A DNA stretch of 64,000 bases from Bacteroidota bacterium (GCA_016868455.1 VGGV01000013.1:11040-75039); one strand, 5' to 3'. Counted from the first letter of the stretch, positions 28,074 to 37,870 are shown. Numbers and translations: made by a program. The notes: generated by a model not told the origin, from the sequence alone.

Positions 28074-29990
28074 CTATTCCGGTTGCGGGCTTTCCGGAGT
28101 TGTTTTTTCATCGCCGTCCATCTTTTTCTTCAAATCTGCGAGCACTCCCAGATCGCCGAGTGTGGCTTTTTCCACTTTGCTCTGTACATTTTTTACAGCT
28201 TTGCGGGTGCTTCCCGATTCGGCCCTTGCTTCTTTTTTGGCAGCCTCGGAAGCATCAACCTGGCCCTGCTCCCATATACGGGTATGAGAAACCACGATTC
28301 TTTTTTCATTTCTGTCGAACTCAATTACCATAAACCGGGCTGTTTCATCTGCACCAATGCTCTTGCCGTCTTCTTTGCTCAGGTGACGATTCGGAGCAAA
28401 TCCTTCTAATCCGTAAGGAAGCTGTACGGTAGCGCCTTTGTCATCACGGCGGGTAACCACACCTTCATGCACGGTGCCAATAGCAAAAGTATCCTGCAGG
28501 GTATTCCAGGGGTCTTCTTCCAGTTGCTTGTGACCCAACTGCAGTTTGCGGTTATTTTTATCAATACCAAGTATGATCACATCAATATTCGACCCTACTT
28601 TGGTGTATTCTCCGGGATGGTTAAATCGCTTCAGCCAGCTCAGGTCACTGATGTGAATCATACCGCCAATACCCGGAGCCAGTTCTACAAACACCCCATA
28701 GTTGGTAATGTTTTTCACCAGGCCGGTATGCTTACTGCCTTCAGCAAATTTGGTTTCAATATCACTCCACGGATCGGGTGATAGCTGCTTGATGGAAAGG
28801 CTCATTTTACGGTTTGCCTTATCCAGTGTCACTACTTTGGCTTCATGCTCATCGCCCAGTTTGAAGAATTCTTTGGCATTGACTGGCGTATTGGCCCAGG
28901 TAATTTCAGATACATGCACCAGGCCTTCTACTCCCGGCTGAATTTCCAGGAAAGCACCATAATCTTCAATGTTCACCACCCGGCCTTTAACGATATTGCC
29001 TTCGGCAATATTTTCAGCCAGCACATCCCAGGGATGCGGGGTAAGCTGTTTCAGGCCAAGGCTGATACGTTTTTTCTCATCATCAAAGTCAAGCACCACC
29101 ACATTGATCTTCTGATCAAGTTTCAGCACTTCTGACGGATGGGAGATCCGGCCCCATGAAATATCGGTGATATAGAGCAGCCCATCGAGGCCTCCCAAAT
29201 CCATAAACGCACCAAAGTCGGTGATATTCTTCACGGTTCCTTCCAGCACCTGTCCTTTCTCCAGCTTGCTCATGATCTCAGCTCTTTGGGCCTCGATATC
29301 ACTTTCGATAAGCGCCTTGTGGGATACAACGGCATTCTTAATAGTTTCGTTGATCTTAACCACCTTAAACTCCATCGTCTTACCTACAAACTGGTCATAA
29401 TCCGTAACAGGCTTTACATCAATTTGCGAGCCCGGCAGGAAGGTTTCCATACCAAAAACATCCACAATTAATCCGCCTTTGGTTTTGGATGTAACCGTAC
29501 CGGTGATCACCTCACCTGTTTTATGCACTTCCACAATTTTTTCCCAGGCACGGGTAATGCGGGCCTGCCTGCGGCTCAGGTTCAGGTGTCCTTCCCGGTC
29601 TTCTTTTTCCACCACCATCACTTCCACTTCATCGCCCACAGCCAGGCCGGGTAAATCCCGGAATTCGTTCAGTGAAATCAACCCATCGCTTTTAAAGCCG
29701 ATGTTTAATACCACATCTGTTTTCGTAAGGCCTACTACAGTGCCTTTAATCAATTCACCGTCGTTCAGCTGCACAAAAGTGTTGTCATACACTTTGTGGT
29801 ACTTTTCTTTTTCTTCTGCCGTGTAAGAAATAACATTTCGTCTGTCAATGCTCCAGTCAAAATCGTCATGTGCAGTGGCTACTGCTTCCACAGGTGCAGT
29901 TGTTATCGCTGTAGTAGCCTCCGCCTGTCCGGCGCCGGCAGACTCCTGTGCATCAGCGTTTAATTGTTTTTGAATAATGTTGTCAAACAT
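28074..29990 (-). CDS. rpsA: 30S ribosomal protein S1 (bS1)
   Basis: Six S1 OB-fold repeats (e.g. GTVVGLTKTDVVLNIGFKSDGLI, GTVTSKTKGGLIVDVFGMETFLPGSQ) and a Bacteroidota-style acidic/Ala-rich N-terminus. Confidence 0.97.
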   Translation of the reverse strand: MFDNIIQKQLNADAQESAGAGQAEATTAITTAPVEAVATAHDDFDWSIDRRNVISYTAEEKEKYHKVYDNTFVQLNDGELIKGTVVGLTKTDVVLNIGFKSDGLISLNEFRDLPGLAVGDEVEVMVVEKEDREGHLNLSRRQARITRAWEKIVEVHKTGEVITGTVTSKTKGGLIVDVFGMETFLPGSQIDVKPVTDYDQFVGKTMEFKVVKINETIKNAVVSHKALIESDIEAQRAEIMSKLEKGQVLEGTVKNITDFGAFMDLGGLDGLLYITDISWGRISHPSEVLKLDQKINVVVLDFDDEKKRISLGLKQLTPHPWDVLAENIAEGNIVKGRVVNIEDYGAFLEIQPGVEGLVHVSEITWANTPVNAKEFFKLGDEHEAKVVTLDKANRKMSLSIKQLSPDPWSDIETKFAEGSKHTGLVKNITNYGVFVELAPGIGGMIHISDLSWLKRFNHPGEYTKVGSNIDVIILGIDKNNRKLQLGHKQLEEDPWNTLQDTFAIGTVHEGVVTRRDDKGATVQLPYGLEGFAPNRHLSKEDGKSIGADETARFMVIEFDRNEKRIVVSHTRIWEQGQVDASEAAKKEARAESGSTRKAVKNVQSKVEKATLGDLGVLADLKKKMDGDEKTTPESPQPE

Positions 29991-30012
29991 GATAAAATAG
30001 TCCCGGGGTTTA

Positions 30013-30046
30013 TCCCGATAACTATCGGGACCCGATAGCTATCGGG
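30013..30046. repeat. Two tandem REP-like palindromes (TCCCGATAACTATCGGGA + CCCGATAGCTATCGGG) in the rpsA 5' region (copies 2 and 3)
   Basis: Read directly from the sequence, 23-56 nt upstream of the rpsA ATG. Confidence 0.85.
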
Positions 30047-30056
30047 ATCGGGGCGG

Positions 30057-30064
30057 CAAAGATA
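30057..30064 (-). promoter_or_regulatory. Candidate -7 box TATCTTTG for rpsA
   Basis: Matches TAnnTTTG on the minus strand, but there is no good -33 TTG at 17-23 nt. Confidence 0.3.
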
Positions 30065-30177
30065 GGGCATAGTTTTATGGTTTTGACTGTATCAGGAAGG
30101 TATTTTTACAAACCCACGGATATATAAGCTGCTGATTGCCAGAAGGAATTTGGGGTTACTTCCCATATGCAACCGCC

Positions 30178-31197
30178 TCAGCCAATTTTGTTTTTAAGCT
30201 TCACAAAACACCATGCTGTAAATGGTAAAACAATAAGAGAAAATAAGCTGTACCCACTGCAGGTTATCAGGAAAAAAACAAAGGAAACTACCAGCAAATA
30301 TCCCGGGTAAATGAAAGTAAGGGCTGCCATCATCACCGAATCAAAATGATCTGTGTTCTTAACTCTGTACCTCACATATGCCTTTACAGGTATAAAAAGC
30401 GGTGCATTCAGTAAATAACCTGTCAAAGCGGGTAAAAATAACAATGTACGCCAGTAAACCTTTAAAGGAATATCCAGCATTTCCTTTTGAAGAGCATAAT
30501 CATCTTTGGGTATTTCAAAAACGAGCCGGCGCAGTTGTGACTCCAGTTGCTGGTTAAAAACAAGATTGTTCTTTCCGTCAACGTCATTGAGGTTGAAGTT
30601 GGAAGATTCTATCAATTCTCCAAAGTTGATCAACACATTTGTCCCAATCCTGCTGAATGAGCTGTAATTAATGCCAACCGGCAAAACCTTAAGCGGAGTT
30701 CCCTCCTGCCAGGTACTGAAGGCAAGCCTTGCCGTTCCTTTCTTTAAGGGCCGCAGGTGCCATTCATTGATGCAAAGCCCCTCGCTGAAAATAAGTACAA
30801 TACTGTTTTGCCTAAACAACTCCTTGCATGCATTAAAAGTTTTGTAGTTTTCTTCCAGATTCTCCGCTCCTTCCCTTGTTCGGTAAACAGGCAATATTTT
30901 TAATTTATAAAGCAACTTTATATAAAGCGGCTTCTTAAATACATCTCCCCTCGCCAGCGACCAGATGGGTCTTTTAAAAAGAATGTCCAGCAGCACTGCA
31001 TCCAAAAAAGAATTGGGGTGATTACAGGCAAGCAGCAACGGGCCTTTCGATTCCAGTAATTGAGGTTTATTTACAACAATTCTGCTGAAAAAAATTTTGG
31101 CCGCCAGGCGAACCCATATTTTGAGTATGGAGTAAAGCAAGAAATAATTTACCGGACAATATACAACGAAATCAGTTTTACAGCGCTTCGCCTGCAA
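30178..31197 (-). CDS. Membrane-anchored PlsC-family acyltransferase
   Basis: HX4D motif LLACNHPNSFLDAV and FSEG block, with C-terminal TM helices. The start is uncertain because it overlaps the upstream gene by 20 nt. Confidence 0.7.
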   Translation of the reverse strand: MQAKRCKTDFVVYCPVNYFLLYSILKIWVRLAAKIFFSRIVVNKPQLLESKGPLLLACNHPNSFLDAVLLDILFKRPIWSLARGDVFKKPLYIKLLYKLKILPVYRTREGAENLEENYKTFNACKELFRQNSIVLIFSEGLCINEWHLRPLKKGTARLAFSTWQEGTPLKVLPVGINYSSFSRIGTNVLINFGELIESSNFNLNDVDGKNNLVFNQQLESQLRRLVFEIPKDDYALQKEMLDIPLKVYWRTLLFLPALTGYLLNAPLFIPVKAYVRYRVKNTDHFDSVMMAALTFIYPGYLLVVSFVFFLITCSGYSLFSLIVLPFTAWCFVKLKNKIG

Positions 31198-32413
31198 TGC
31201 TGCTGGCGGCTATCCATCCGCTGGTCCATGCATGCTGAAAATTATAACCCCCGGTGATGCCATCCACATCCAGCACTTCGCCCGCAAAAAAAAGGTTGGA
31301 GATTTTTTTACTCATCATCGTGTTGGCATCCACTTCGCTTAATTTAATACCCCCGGCTGTTACAAATTCTTCTTTGAAGGTTGTTTTGCCTCTTACCTCA
31401 ATATCGTAGCTGCACAGGTTTTTAATAAACTTATCTTGCGCAACCGAGGGCAGATCTGCCCAGCGCATATCAGTTGTTGCACCCGAATGCTGTGCCAAAA
31501 ACACCCACAATCTTGAAGGCAGACCAAAAGGATTTCTGTTGTGAATCTTTTGTGATGAATATGCATTTCTCAGATTATTAAATCTTTCCTTCAAACTTTG
31601 CTCGTTAATATCGGGAAGCCAGTTAATAACTGCCGTAAAATCGTATTGCCGAATTGCCAGTTCTTTTGCGGCAAAAGCGCTGAGTTTTAAAACTGCGGGG
31701 CCGCTCAAGCCCCAATGGGTGATCAGCAAGGGGCCTTTCTGCTCAAGCTTTGTTCCGGCAATTTTAACCTTAGCTTTCTCAATACTGACTCCCATCAGCT
31801 TTGTGATGGGATGCTTCGGCAGATTGAACGTAAATAAAGACGGGACCGGTTCTTCAATTGTATGGCCCAATTCTTTAAGCCAACCGAACAAATCTGATTT
31901 GGGATATCCGCCGCTGGAAATGCAAACAATATCGGAAGTGAAATGATTATGGTTTGAAAGTTCAATCCTGAATTTTCGCCCTTCAGATTTCAGGTTTTTC
32001 ACTTCAGACTTCATTCTTATCTCTACCCCGTAGGTATTGGCTTCTTGCAGCAGGCAATCAATAACTGTCTGTGATGTGTTGGTCACAGGAAACATTCTTC
32101 CGTCTGTTTCTGTTTTCAGCTTAACACTCCTGTCTTCAAACCATTTTATTGTATCTGTGGTAAAAAACCGGTGAAATGTTTTCTTTACAAAATTACTGCC
32201 GCGGGGATAGTTTCTGCTCATTGCGGCAATGTCAAAACAGGCATGGGTAACATTACACCGGCCGCCTCCGCTGATTTTTACTTTAGACATCAGTTTATTT
32301 CCTTTTTCAAGGATAATCACCTTTAAAAGCGGGTTCATCCGGGCGGCATTCACCCCACAGAAAAAGCCGGCAGATCCGCCGCCAATAACTACGAGTGATT
32401 TTGTGTGTGGCAT
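31178..32413 (-). CDS. HI0933/BaiN-like NAD(P)/FAD-dependent flavoprotein
   Basis: VVIGGGSAGFFCGVNAA dinucleotide motif, SGGGRCNVTH, and C-terminal FAGEVLDVDGITGGYNFQ, all typical of the HI0933 family. The start is set to ATG 32413; the track used an upstream TTG. Confidence 0.8.
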   Translation of the reverse strand: MPHTKSLVVIGGGSAGFFCGVNAARMNPLLKVIILEKGNKLMSKVKISGGGRCNVTHACFDIAAMSRNYPRGSNFVKKTFHRFFTTDTIKWFEDRSVKLKTETDGRMFPVTNTSQTVIDCLLQEANTYGVEIRMKSEVKNLKSEGRKFRIELSNHNHFTSDIVCISSGGYPKSDLFGWLKELGHTIEEPVPSLFTFNLPKHPITKLMGVSIEKAKVKIAGTKLEQKGPLLITHWGLSGPAVLKLSAFAAKELAIRQYDFTAVINWLPDINEQSLKERFNNLRNAYSSQKIHNRNPFGLPSRLWVFLAQHSGATTDMRWADLPSVAQDKFIKNLCSYDIEVRGKTTFKEEFVTAGGIKLSEVDANTMMSKKISNLFFAGEVLDVDGITGGYNFQHAWTSGWIAASSIAGEAL

Positions 32414-32437
32414 AAACAAAACCCCTCAAACGAGGGG
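32414..32437 (-). terminator. Hairpin CCCCTC-GTTT-GAGGGG + TTTTGTTT spanning the map stop codon
   Basis: Read on the minus strand. The stem encloses the map TGA, and the U-tract ends at the next gene's ATG. Confidence 0.5.
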
Positions 32438-33247
32438 CTGCGCTATTTTTAAAGTGGTGAAGAGGTTAGGGTTTTCTTCTTCCGCTTTCTCAATGGGCTG
32501 GTAATCCGACAAAATATCCGCTTTGCCTTTTCGCACACACACATCATGCTCAAAGTGAACAGAAGGCTTGCCGTCTTTTGTACGAACAGTCCATCCATCT
32601 TCTTCGGTAAAAACATCTTTCCTGCCCATATTAATCATGGGCTCTATGGCCAGCACAAGCCCTTCCTTCAGTATGGGGCCGCTGCCCCTTTTTCCGTAAT
32701 TGGGCACCTGCGGGTCTTCATGCAGGCTTCTTCCCAAGCCATGCCCTACCAGCTCTCTTACCACTCCGTAACCGTTTTTTCTTTCCGTATGCTCCTGAAT
32801 GGCAAAAGCAATATCCCCTATACGGTTGCCCGCCACCGCTTTTTCAATTCCTTTATATAATGATTCTTTGGTAACCCGAATTAATTGCATAACGGCATCG
32901 CCGGGGTCGCCGATGGCAAATGTGTATGCATGATCCCCATGCCAGCCGGTCAGGATAACGCCAATGTCAATAGAAACAATATCGCCTTCTTTCAGTTCAT
33001 TATGTCCGGGAAACCCATGCACCACCACATCATTTACTGAAATACAGGAATTGTATGGGTAACCTTTATAATGAAAAAAAGAGGGAACCGCATGATGATC
33101 CCCTACAATTTCACCTATTTTTTTATCAATAAAAAGGGTAGTAATGCCCGGTTTCAGCAGCCGGGCTATTTCCGACAAAGTTTTGCTTACCAGCAAGGCG
33201 CTTTGCCGCATCAGTTCCACCTGCTCATTTGTCTTGTAAATAATCAT
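32426..33247 (-). CDS. map: Methionine aminopeptidase, type I
   Basis: Metal ligand blocks VVHGFP, DIGV..GWHGD, GHGLG, LAIEP and FEH. Conserved position after secY. Confidence 0.95.
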   Translation of the reverse strand: MIIYKTNEQVELMRQSALLVSKTLSEIARLLKPGITTLFIDKKIGEIVGDHHAVPSFFHYKGYPYNSCISVNDVVVHGFPGHNELKEGDIVSIDIGVILTGWHGDHAYTFAIGDPGDAVMQLIRVTKESLYKGIEKAVAGNRIGDIAFAIQEHTERKNGYGVVRELVGHGLGRSLHEDPQVPNYGKRGSGPILKEGLVLAIEPMINMGRKDVFTEEDGWTVRTKDGKPSVHFEHDVCVRKGKADILSDYQPIEKAEEENPNLFTTLKIAQPLV

Positions 33248-33261
33248 CCTGCAAATATCAC

Positions 33262-33297
33262 TAAAAAAAGAACCCGGTCAGCTGCTGCGTACCGGGT
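33262..33297 (-). terminator. Terminator-like hairpin between secY and map
   Basis: On the minus strand, ACCCGGT-N12-ACCGGGT is followed by TCTTTTTTT, about 15 nt before the map ATG. Confidence 0.5.
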
Positions 33298-33322
33298 ATG
33301 TTTCTTTGTATTAAAAAATATT

Positions 33323-34660
33323 TTACATCTGTACTGCTGATGTTGTCTGTCTGCCCTGGATCCTTCCGCTTTTCATCAGGCCATCGTACTGGCGCATCAG
33401 TAATTGTGTTTCTATCTGCTGCAATGTGTCAAGAATTACGCCTACCATAATGAGCAATGAAGTACCGCCAAAGAAGGAAGAAAAGTTGGGCTGGATTCCA
33501 AAGCGCTGGGCAATACCGGGTAAAATACCTACAAAAGCCAGTAATATGGCTCCGGGCAGCGTGATGCGGTCCATAATGGTTCCGATATAATCTGCTGTTG
33601 GCTGGCCCGGTTTAACGCCCGGTATGAAACCATTGTTCTGTTTCAGGTTATCCGCTATTTGGCGGGGATTAAATATAAGCGCTGTATACAAAAAAGTAAA
33701 CCCGATTACGACCAAAGAATAAATGAGCATATACCAGATGTTACTGGGATCATTCAATGCCATCAGAAATCCGCCTCCCTTATCAGGATTGAAATTGGCA
33801 AATATTGTAGGAATAAAAATGATTGCCTGTGCAAAAATGATAGGCATAACACCGGCACTGTTCACCTTCAGCGGCAGGAACTGCCTGGCGCCGCTGAACT
33901 GACGGTTACCTACGATTTGTTTTGCATAGTTGACAGGTACTTTTCGTACTCCCTGAATCAGCAATATGCAACCCATAATGATGGCAATCAGGATGGCTAT
34001 TTCAATAATGAAAACAAGGATCTGGCCGTTTCGGACTGATTTGGCGCTCAGCTCTTCGAGGAAAGACTGGGGAAGCCGCTGCAGGATGCCAATCATAATA
34101 ATCAGCGAAGTACCGTTACCAAGTCCTTTATCAGTTATTTTTTCGCCCATCCACATTACAAACAGGGTACCGGCCGTAAGCAGGAACACAGAAGAAAGCC
34201 AGAAATACGGTGCAAAGCTCTGCAGCATGGCGCCATTGCTCTGGTTCAGGCCTTTTATATAGGTTACATAGGCAGATGCCTGCAATATGGTGACCGCTAC
34301 CGTAAGGTAACGGGTATATTGATTGATTTTTTTTCTGCCACTCTCCCCTTCTTTTTGCATTTTCTGAAAGCTGGGAACCAGCACGGTCATCAACTGCATA
34401 AAAATGGAAGCAGAAATATAAGGCATAATACCCAGGGCGAAAATAGACTGCTGGTTAAAAGCCCCTCCGGAAAAGGTATTGATAAGGCCCAATACACCGC
34501 CGGTTGCAGTGCCTTCATCCAGCCTGGAAGGGTCAATGCCGGGCAATACAATCTTGGTGCCGATAACATAAATGGCTATCAGCGAAAGAGTGAACAGGAT
34601 CTTTGATCTCAATTCCTCTATGCTCCAGATATTCCTAAGTGTCTGTATTAATTTTTTCAC
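33323..34660 (-). CDS. secY: Preprotein translocase subunit SecY
   Basis: 10-TM SecY with LGIMPYISASI and GTSLLI motifs. Conserved position after rplO. Confidence 0.97.
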   Translation of the reverse strand: MKKLIQTLRNIWSIEELRSKILFTLSLIAIYVIGTKIVLPGIDPSRLDEGTATGGVLGLINTFSGGAFNQQSIFALGIMPYISASIFMQLMTVLVPSFQKMQKEGESGRKKINQYTRYLTVAVTILQASAYVTYIKGLNQSNGAMLQSFAPYFWLSSVFLLTAGTLFVMWMGEKITDKGLGNGTSLIIMIGILQRLPQSFLEELSAKSVRNGQILVFIIEIAILIAIIMGCILLIQGVRKVPVNYAKQIVGNRQFSGARQFLPLKVNSAGVMPIIFAQAIIFIPTIFANFNPDKGGGFLMALNDPSNIWYMLIYSLVVIGFTFLYTALIFNPRQIADNLKQNNGFIPGVKPGQPTADYIGTIMDRITLPGAILLAFVGILPGIAQRFGIQPNFSSFFGGTSLLIMVGVILDTLQQIETQLLMRQYDGLMKSGRIQGRQTTSAVQM

Positions 34661-34734
34661 GGGGGTTCAACAAATTTATAGGCTCATAAAACGCAAAAGA
34701 CGCATAGAAAATGCGCCGATGCAATTTAGCGATT

Positions 34735-35184
34735 TTACTTCACTATTTCCACCGTTCCTCCGGCCGCTTCAATAGCTGTTTTGGCTTTCCCACTCACAGC
34801 ATTTACTTTAAACACAAGCTTGTTTTTCAATTCCCCGTTCCCGAGAATTTTTACTTTATCTGTCTGGCTTACCAGCCCGTTGATGTAAAGGTTTTCCAGT
34901 GAAAATTCACTGATGTTGTATTTACCGGCCAGTTGTTCAGCCTGTCCCAGATTAAACACTTTGTATGCTACCCTGTGGGGATTTTTGAATCCTCGTTTGG
35001 GTATGCGGCGCTGGATTGGCATTTGTCCGCCTTCATGCGCCATTTTGTTCTTAAAGCCGCTGCGGCTCTGGTGGCCTTTATTGCCTTTTGTGGATGTCCC
35101 GCCGTGGCCTGATGCTTCACCACGGCCTAATCTTTTTTCTTTGTGTGTTGCACCTTTTGCCGGCTTTAACTGATGTAATTTCAT
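34735..35184 (-). CDS. rplO: 50S ribosomal protein L15 (uL15)
   Basis: MKLHQLKPAKGATHKEKRLGRGEASGHGGTSTKGNKG is canonical; spc gene order. Confidence 0.97.
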   Translation of the reverse strand: MKLHQLKPAKGATHKEKRLGRGEASGHGGTSTKGNKGHQSRSGFKNKMAHEGGQMPIQRRIPKRGFKNPHRVAYKVFNLGQAEQLAGKYNISEFSLENLYINGLVSQTDKVKILGNGELKNKLVFKVNAVSGKAKTAIEAAGGTVEIVK

Positions 35185-35217
35185 CGCTTTTATTTTTAAC
35201 TCAACGCCCCGAAAGCT

Positions 35218-35233
35218 CCCGATAGTTATCGGA
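35218..35233. repeat. REP-like palindrome CCCGATAGTTATCGGA (copy 4, degenerate)
   Basis: Read directly in the rpmD-rplO spacer. Confidence 0.7.
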
Positions 35234-35276
35234 ACAGGGCTCGCATTTATAAATCGTTTTTCCCGTCCCGGGCCTA

Positions 35277-35456
35277 TTAAGCCTCTTCAACTTTTACCAA
35301 ATGTTCCACTTTACGAACCATACCCAAAACCTGTGGGGTGGCTTCCACTTCTTTTGTTTTATTGGTTTTGTTCAGTCCCAGCGCTTTCAGGGTCAACTTT
35401 TGACGCTCCGGTCTGTCAATAGGGCTTTTAACCAACGTTATTTTTATTTTTTTCAT
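35277..35456 (-). CDS. rpmD: 50S ribosomal protein L30 (uL30)
   Basis: Below the track's 60-aa cut-off. My translation is MKKIKITLVKSPIDRPERQKLTLKALGLNKTNKTKEVEATPQVLGMVRKVEHLVKVEEA*, a canonical uL30, at the expected slot between rpsE and rplO. Confidence 0.9.
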   Translation of the reverse strand: MKKIKITLVKSPIDRPERQKLTLKALGLNKTNKTKEVEATPQVLGMVRKVEHLVKVEEA

Positions 35457-35478
35457 AATTCAATCCGTTTTAAAAACA

Positions 35479-35997
35479 TTAGCCGTTGAACACTTTCTTC
35501 AAACCAAGGTTGCGGGTTTTGGCAACGCTTACAGGTTCTCTTAGCAATGCTAATGCCTTGAAAGTTGCCTTCACCACATTATGCGGATTGGCAGAACCCA
35601 GAGACTTGGCCAGTATATCGGTAACACCGGCAGACTCCAAAACGGCCCGCATACTGCCTCCGGCAATTACACCTGTACCATGTGCAGCCGGCTTAATCAA
35701 TACTTTGGCGGCGCCTTCTTTGGCCCACTGGTCATGCGGAATGGTGCCCTTCATGACAGGAACCCGGATAAGGTTCTTCTTGGCATCCTCAATCCCTTTG
35801 GTAATAGCTTCCTGAACTTCTTTGGCTTTACCAAGGCCATGGCCTACCACGCCATTTTCATTACCAACAACCACCAGTGCAGAAAAACTGAATGAACGGC
35901 CGCCTTTGGTGGTCTTCACCACCCTGTTAATGGCCACCACTTTGTCTTTCAGTTCCAGGTCGCCTGCTTTTACCCTGTTTACGTTAAGCTTTGACAT
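35479..35997 (-). CDS. rpsE: 30S ribosomal protein S5 (uS5)
   Basis: [39 protein letters not shown]; spc order. Confidence 0.97.
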   Translation of the reverse strand: MSKLNVNRVKAGDLELKDKVVAINRVVKTTKGGRSFSFSALVVVGNENGVVGHGLGKAKEVQEAITKGIEDAKKNLIRVPVMKGTIPHDQWAKEGAAKVLIKPAAHGTGVIAGGSMRAVLESAGVTDILAKSLGSANPHNVVKATFKALALLREPVSVAKTRNLGLKKVFNG

Positions 35998-36023
35998 TTA
36001 TTACGAGATATTAATTTGATAAA

Positions 36024-36383
36024 TTAAAATTGAAGGCCTCCTTCTCTTGCTGCATCGGCCAGTGATTTTACCCGGCCATGATACAGGTATCCGCCACGGT
36101 CGAAAACCACTTCCTTTACCCCCAGCTCCGCAGCTTTACGGGCAATAGCAGCGCCTACCAGTTTGCTCTTTTCACCTTTGGTGCCTTTTTGTGCTGCAAT
36201 GTCCTTGTCCCGGGATGATGCTGCAGCTATGGTCAGGCCATTTACATCATCAATCAGTTGCGCATAGATATCAGCATTGCTTCTGAACACAGAAAGACGG
36301 GGTTTTAAAGCTATGCCGGTCACTTTTTGGCGGATGCCATAGCGGATCCTTTGTCTTCTGGCTGTTTTAGTTTTTGCGTTCAT
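36024..36383 (-). CDS. rplR: 50S ribosomal protein L18 (uL18)
   Basis: [18 protein letters not shown]...[26 protein letters not shown]. Confidence 0.97.
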   Translation of the reverse strand: MNAKTKTARRQRIRYGIRQKVTGIALKPRLSVFRSNADIYAQLIDDVNGLTIAAASSRDKDIAAQKGTKGEKSKLVGAAIARKAAELGVKEVVFDRGGYLYHGRVKSLADAAREGGLQF

Positions 36384-36444
36384 CTTATTTTATTTTTCAT
36401 CCGTCCCGGTTATCAGTTTGTCAGGACTCATTTTTACTTAATTT

Positions 36445-36999
36445 TTATTTGCCTGCCGCTTTACCGGCTTTTTTACGAACAACCTCACCCACATAGCGGA
36501 CACCTTTTCCTTTGTAAGGCTCGGGTTTGCGCAGGCCACGCAGTTTTGCAGCTACCTGCCCTATCAGCTGTTTGTCAATTCCCTCCAGGGTGATGACCGG
36601 GTTTTGACCCTTCTCCTGTTGGGTAGCCACCTTTAATTCTTTGGGTACTTCAAAAATGATATTGTGCGAAAAGCCCAAAGAAAGATCCAGTACATTACCC
36701 TGGTTTGCAGCTTTGAAACCCACACCTATCAGTTCAAGCTTTTTTTCATAGCCTTCTGTTACGCCTTTAATCAAACTGGCAACCAGGGCCCGGTAAAGTC
36801 CGTGCATGGCCTTGTGGCGTATCTGATCGGTGGGGCGGCCAAATGTTATATGGCTGTCTTTTACTTCCACGGTAATATCACGGTCCACTGTCTGTTTCAG
36901 TTCCCCTTTCTTTCCTTTTACAGTTACCACATTATCCTTCCCTACAGTAATGGTTACCCCTTCCGGAATAATTATTGTTTTTTTACCTATGCGGGACAT
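36445..36999 (-). CDS. rplF: 50S ribosomal protein L6 (uL6)
   Basis: MSRIGKKTIIIPEGVTITV...GVGFKA...PEPYKGKGVRY. Confidence 0.97.
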   Translation of the reverse strand: MSRIGKKTIIIPEGVTITVGKDNVVTVKGKKGELKQTVDRDITVEVKDSHITFGRPTDQIRHKAMHGLYRALVASLIKGVTEGYEKKLELIGVGFKAANQGNVLDLSLGFSHNIIFEVPKELKVATQQEKGQNPVITLEGIDKQLIGQVAAKLRGLRKPEPYKGKGVRYVGEVVRKKAGKAAGK

Positions 37000-37106
37000 A
37001 ATTTAAAAATTTCAAATTCCAAAAAACAAATTTCAATTCTGCGTTGCTGACCGGTCATTCCGTCAGCCGGCGGATACCGGCTTCATGTATCTGCAACTCT
37101 TTTTTT

Positions 37107-37505
37107 TTAATATACATAGCAAAGTACCTCACCGCCGACATTATTGGCTTTGGCTTCCTTATCCGTCATTACCCCCCTTGAAGTGGAGATGATTGCCAAA
37201 CCCAAACCATTTTTTACCCGGCGAAATTCGGCAGGCTTTGCATACTGGCGCAAACCGGGGCGGCTTATCCGCTCCATACTTTGAATAGCAGGCTGCTTGG
37301 TGGCAGGATCATATTTCAAAGCGATCTTGATGATGCCCTGCTTGTTATCATCCTCAAACTTGTATTTCAGGATATAACCCTGGTTGTACAGGATTTCCGT
37401 CATCCTTTTCTTCAGGTTAGAAGCGAGGATTTCAACCACACGGTGACCGGCCATCTGTGCATTACGGATGCGGGTCAGGAAATCTGCGATAGGATCTGTT
37501 ACCAT
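37107..37505 (-). CDS. rpsH: 30S ribosomal protein S8 (uS8)
   Basis: [26 protein letters not shown]...GGEVLCYVY. Confidence 0.97.
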   Translation of the reverse strand: MVTDPIADFLTRIRNAQMAGHRVVEILASNLKKRMTEILYNQGYILKYKFEDDNKQGIIKIALKYDPATKQPAIQSMERISRPGLRQYAKPAEFRRVKNGLGLAIISTSRGVMTDKEAKANNVGGEVLCYVY

Positions 37506-37575
37506 ATTTCTTATTTGTTCAGTTCATTAATTTTTTTTCGGGTCCGGATGTGAAGTTCATTCATTGTTATCCTGA

Positions 37576-37591
37576 CCCCGATATGCATCGG
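37576..37591. repeat. REP-like palindrome variant CCCGATATGCATCGGG (copy 5)
   Basis: Read directly in the rpsN-rpsH spacer. Confidence 0.7.
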
Positions 37592-37600
37592 GACGAAAAG

Positions 37601-37870
37601 TTACCAGCTTGCTTTCTTCAGCCCCGGTATCTTTCCATTCAAAGCCATGTCACGAAGGGCCACTCTCGATATACCAAAGTATCGAACATATCCCCTTGGG
37701 CGGCCCGATAACTGGCAACGGTTCTTCAACCGGACCCTAGAAGAATTTTTTGGCAATTCGTCAAGGGCTTTCCAGTCACCCGCCTTCTTCAACTCTGCTC
37801 TCTTTGCAGCATAGTGGGCGGCCATTTTTTCCCTTTTGATCTGCCTGGCCTTTACTGATGTTTTTGCCAT
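37601..37870 (-). CDS. rpsN: 30S ribosomal protein S14 (uS14, long form)
   Basis: [15 protein letters not shown]...[39 protein letters not shown]. Confidence 0.97.
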   Translation of the reverse strand: MAKTSVKARQIKREKMAAHYAAKRAELKKAGDWKALDELPKNSSRVRLKNRCQLSGRPRGYVRYFGISRVALRDMALNGKIPGLKKASW

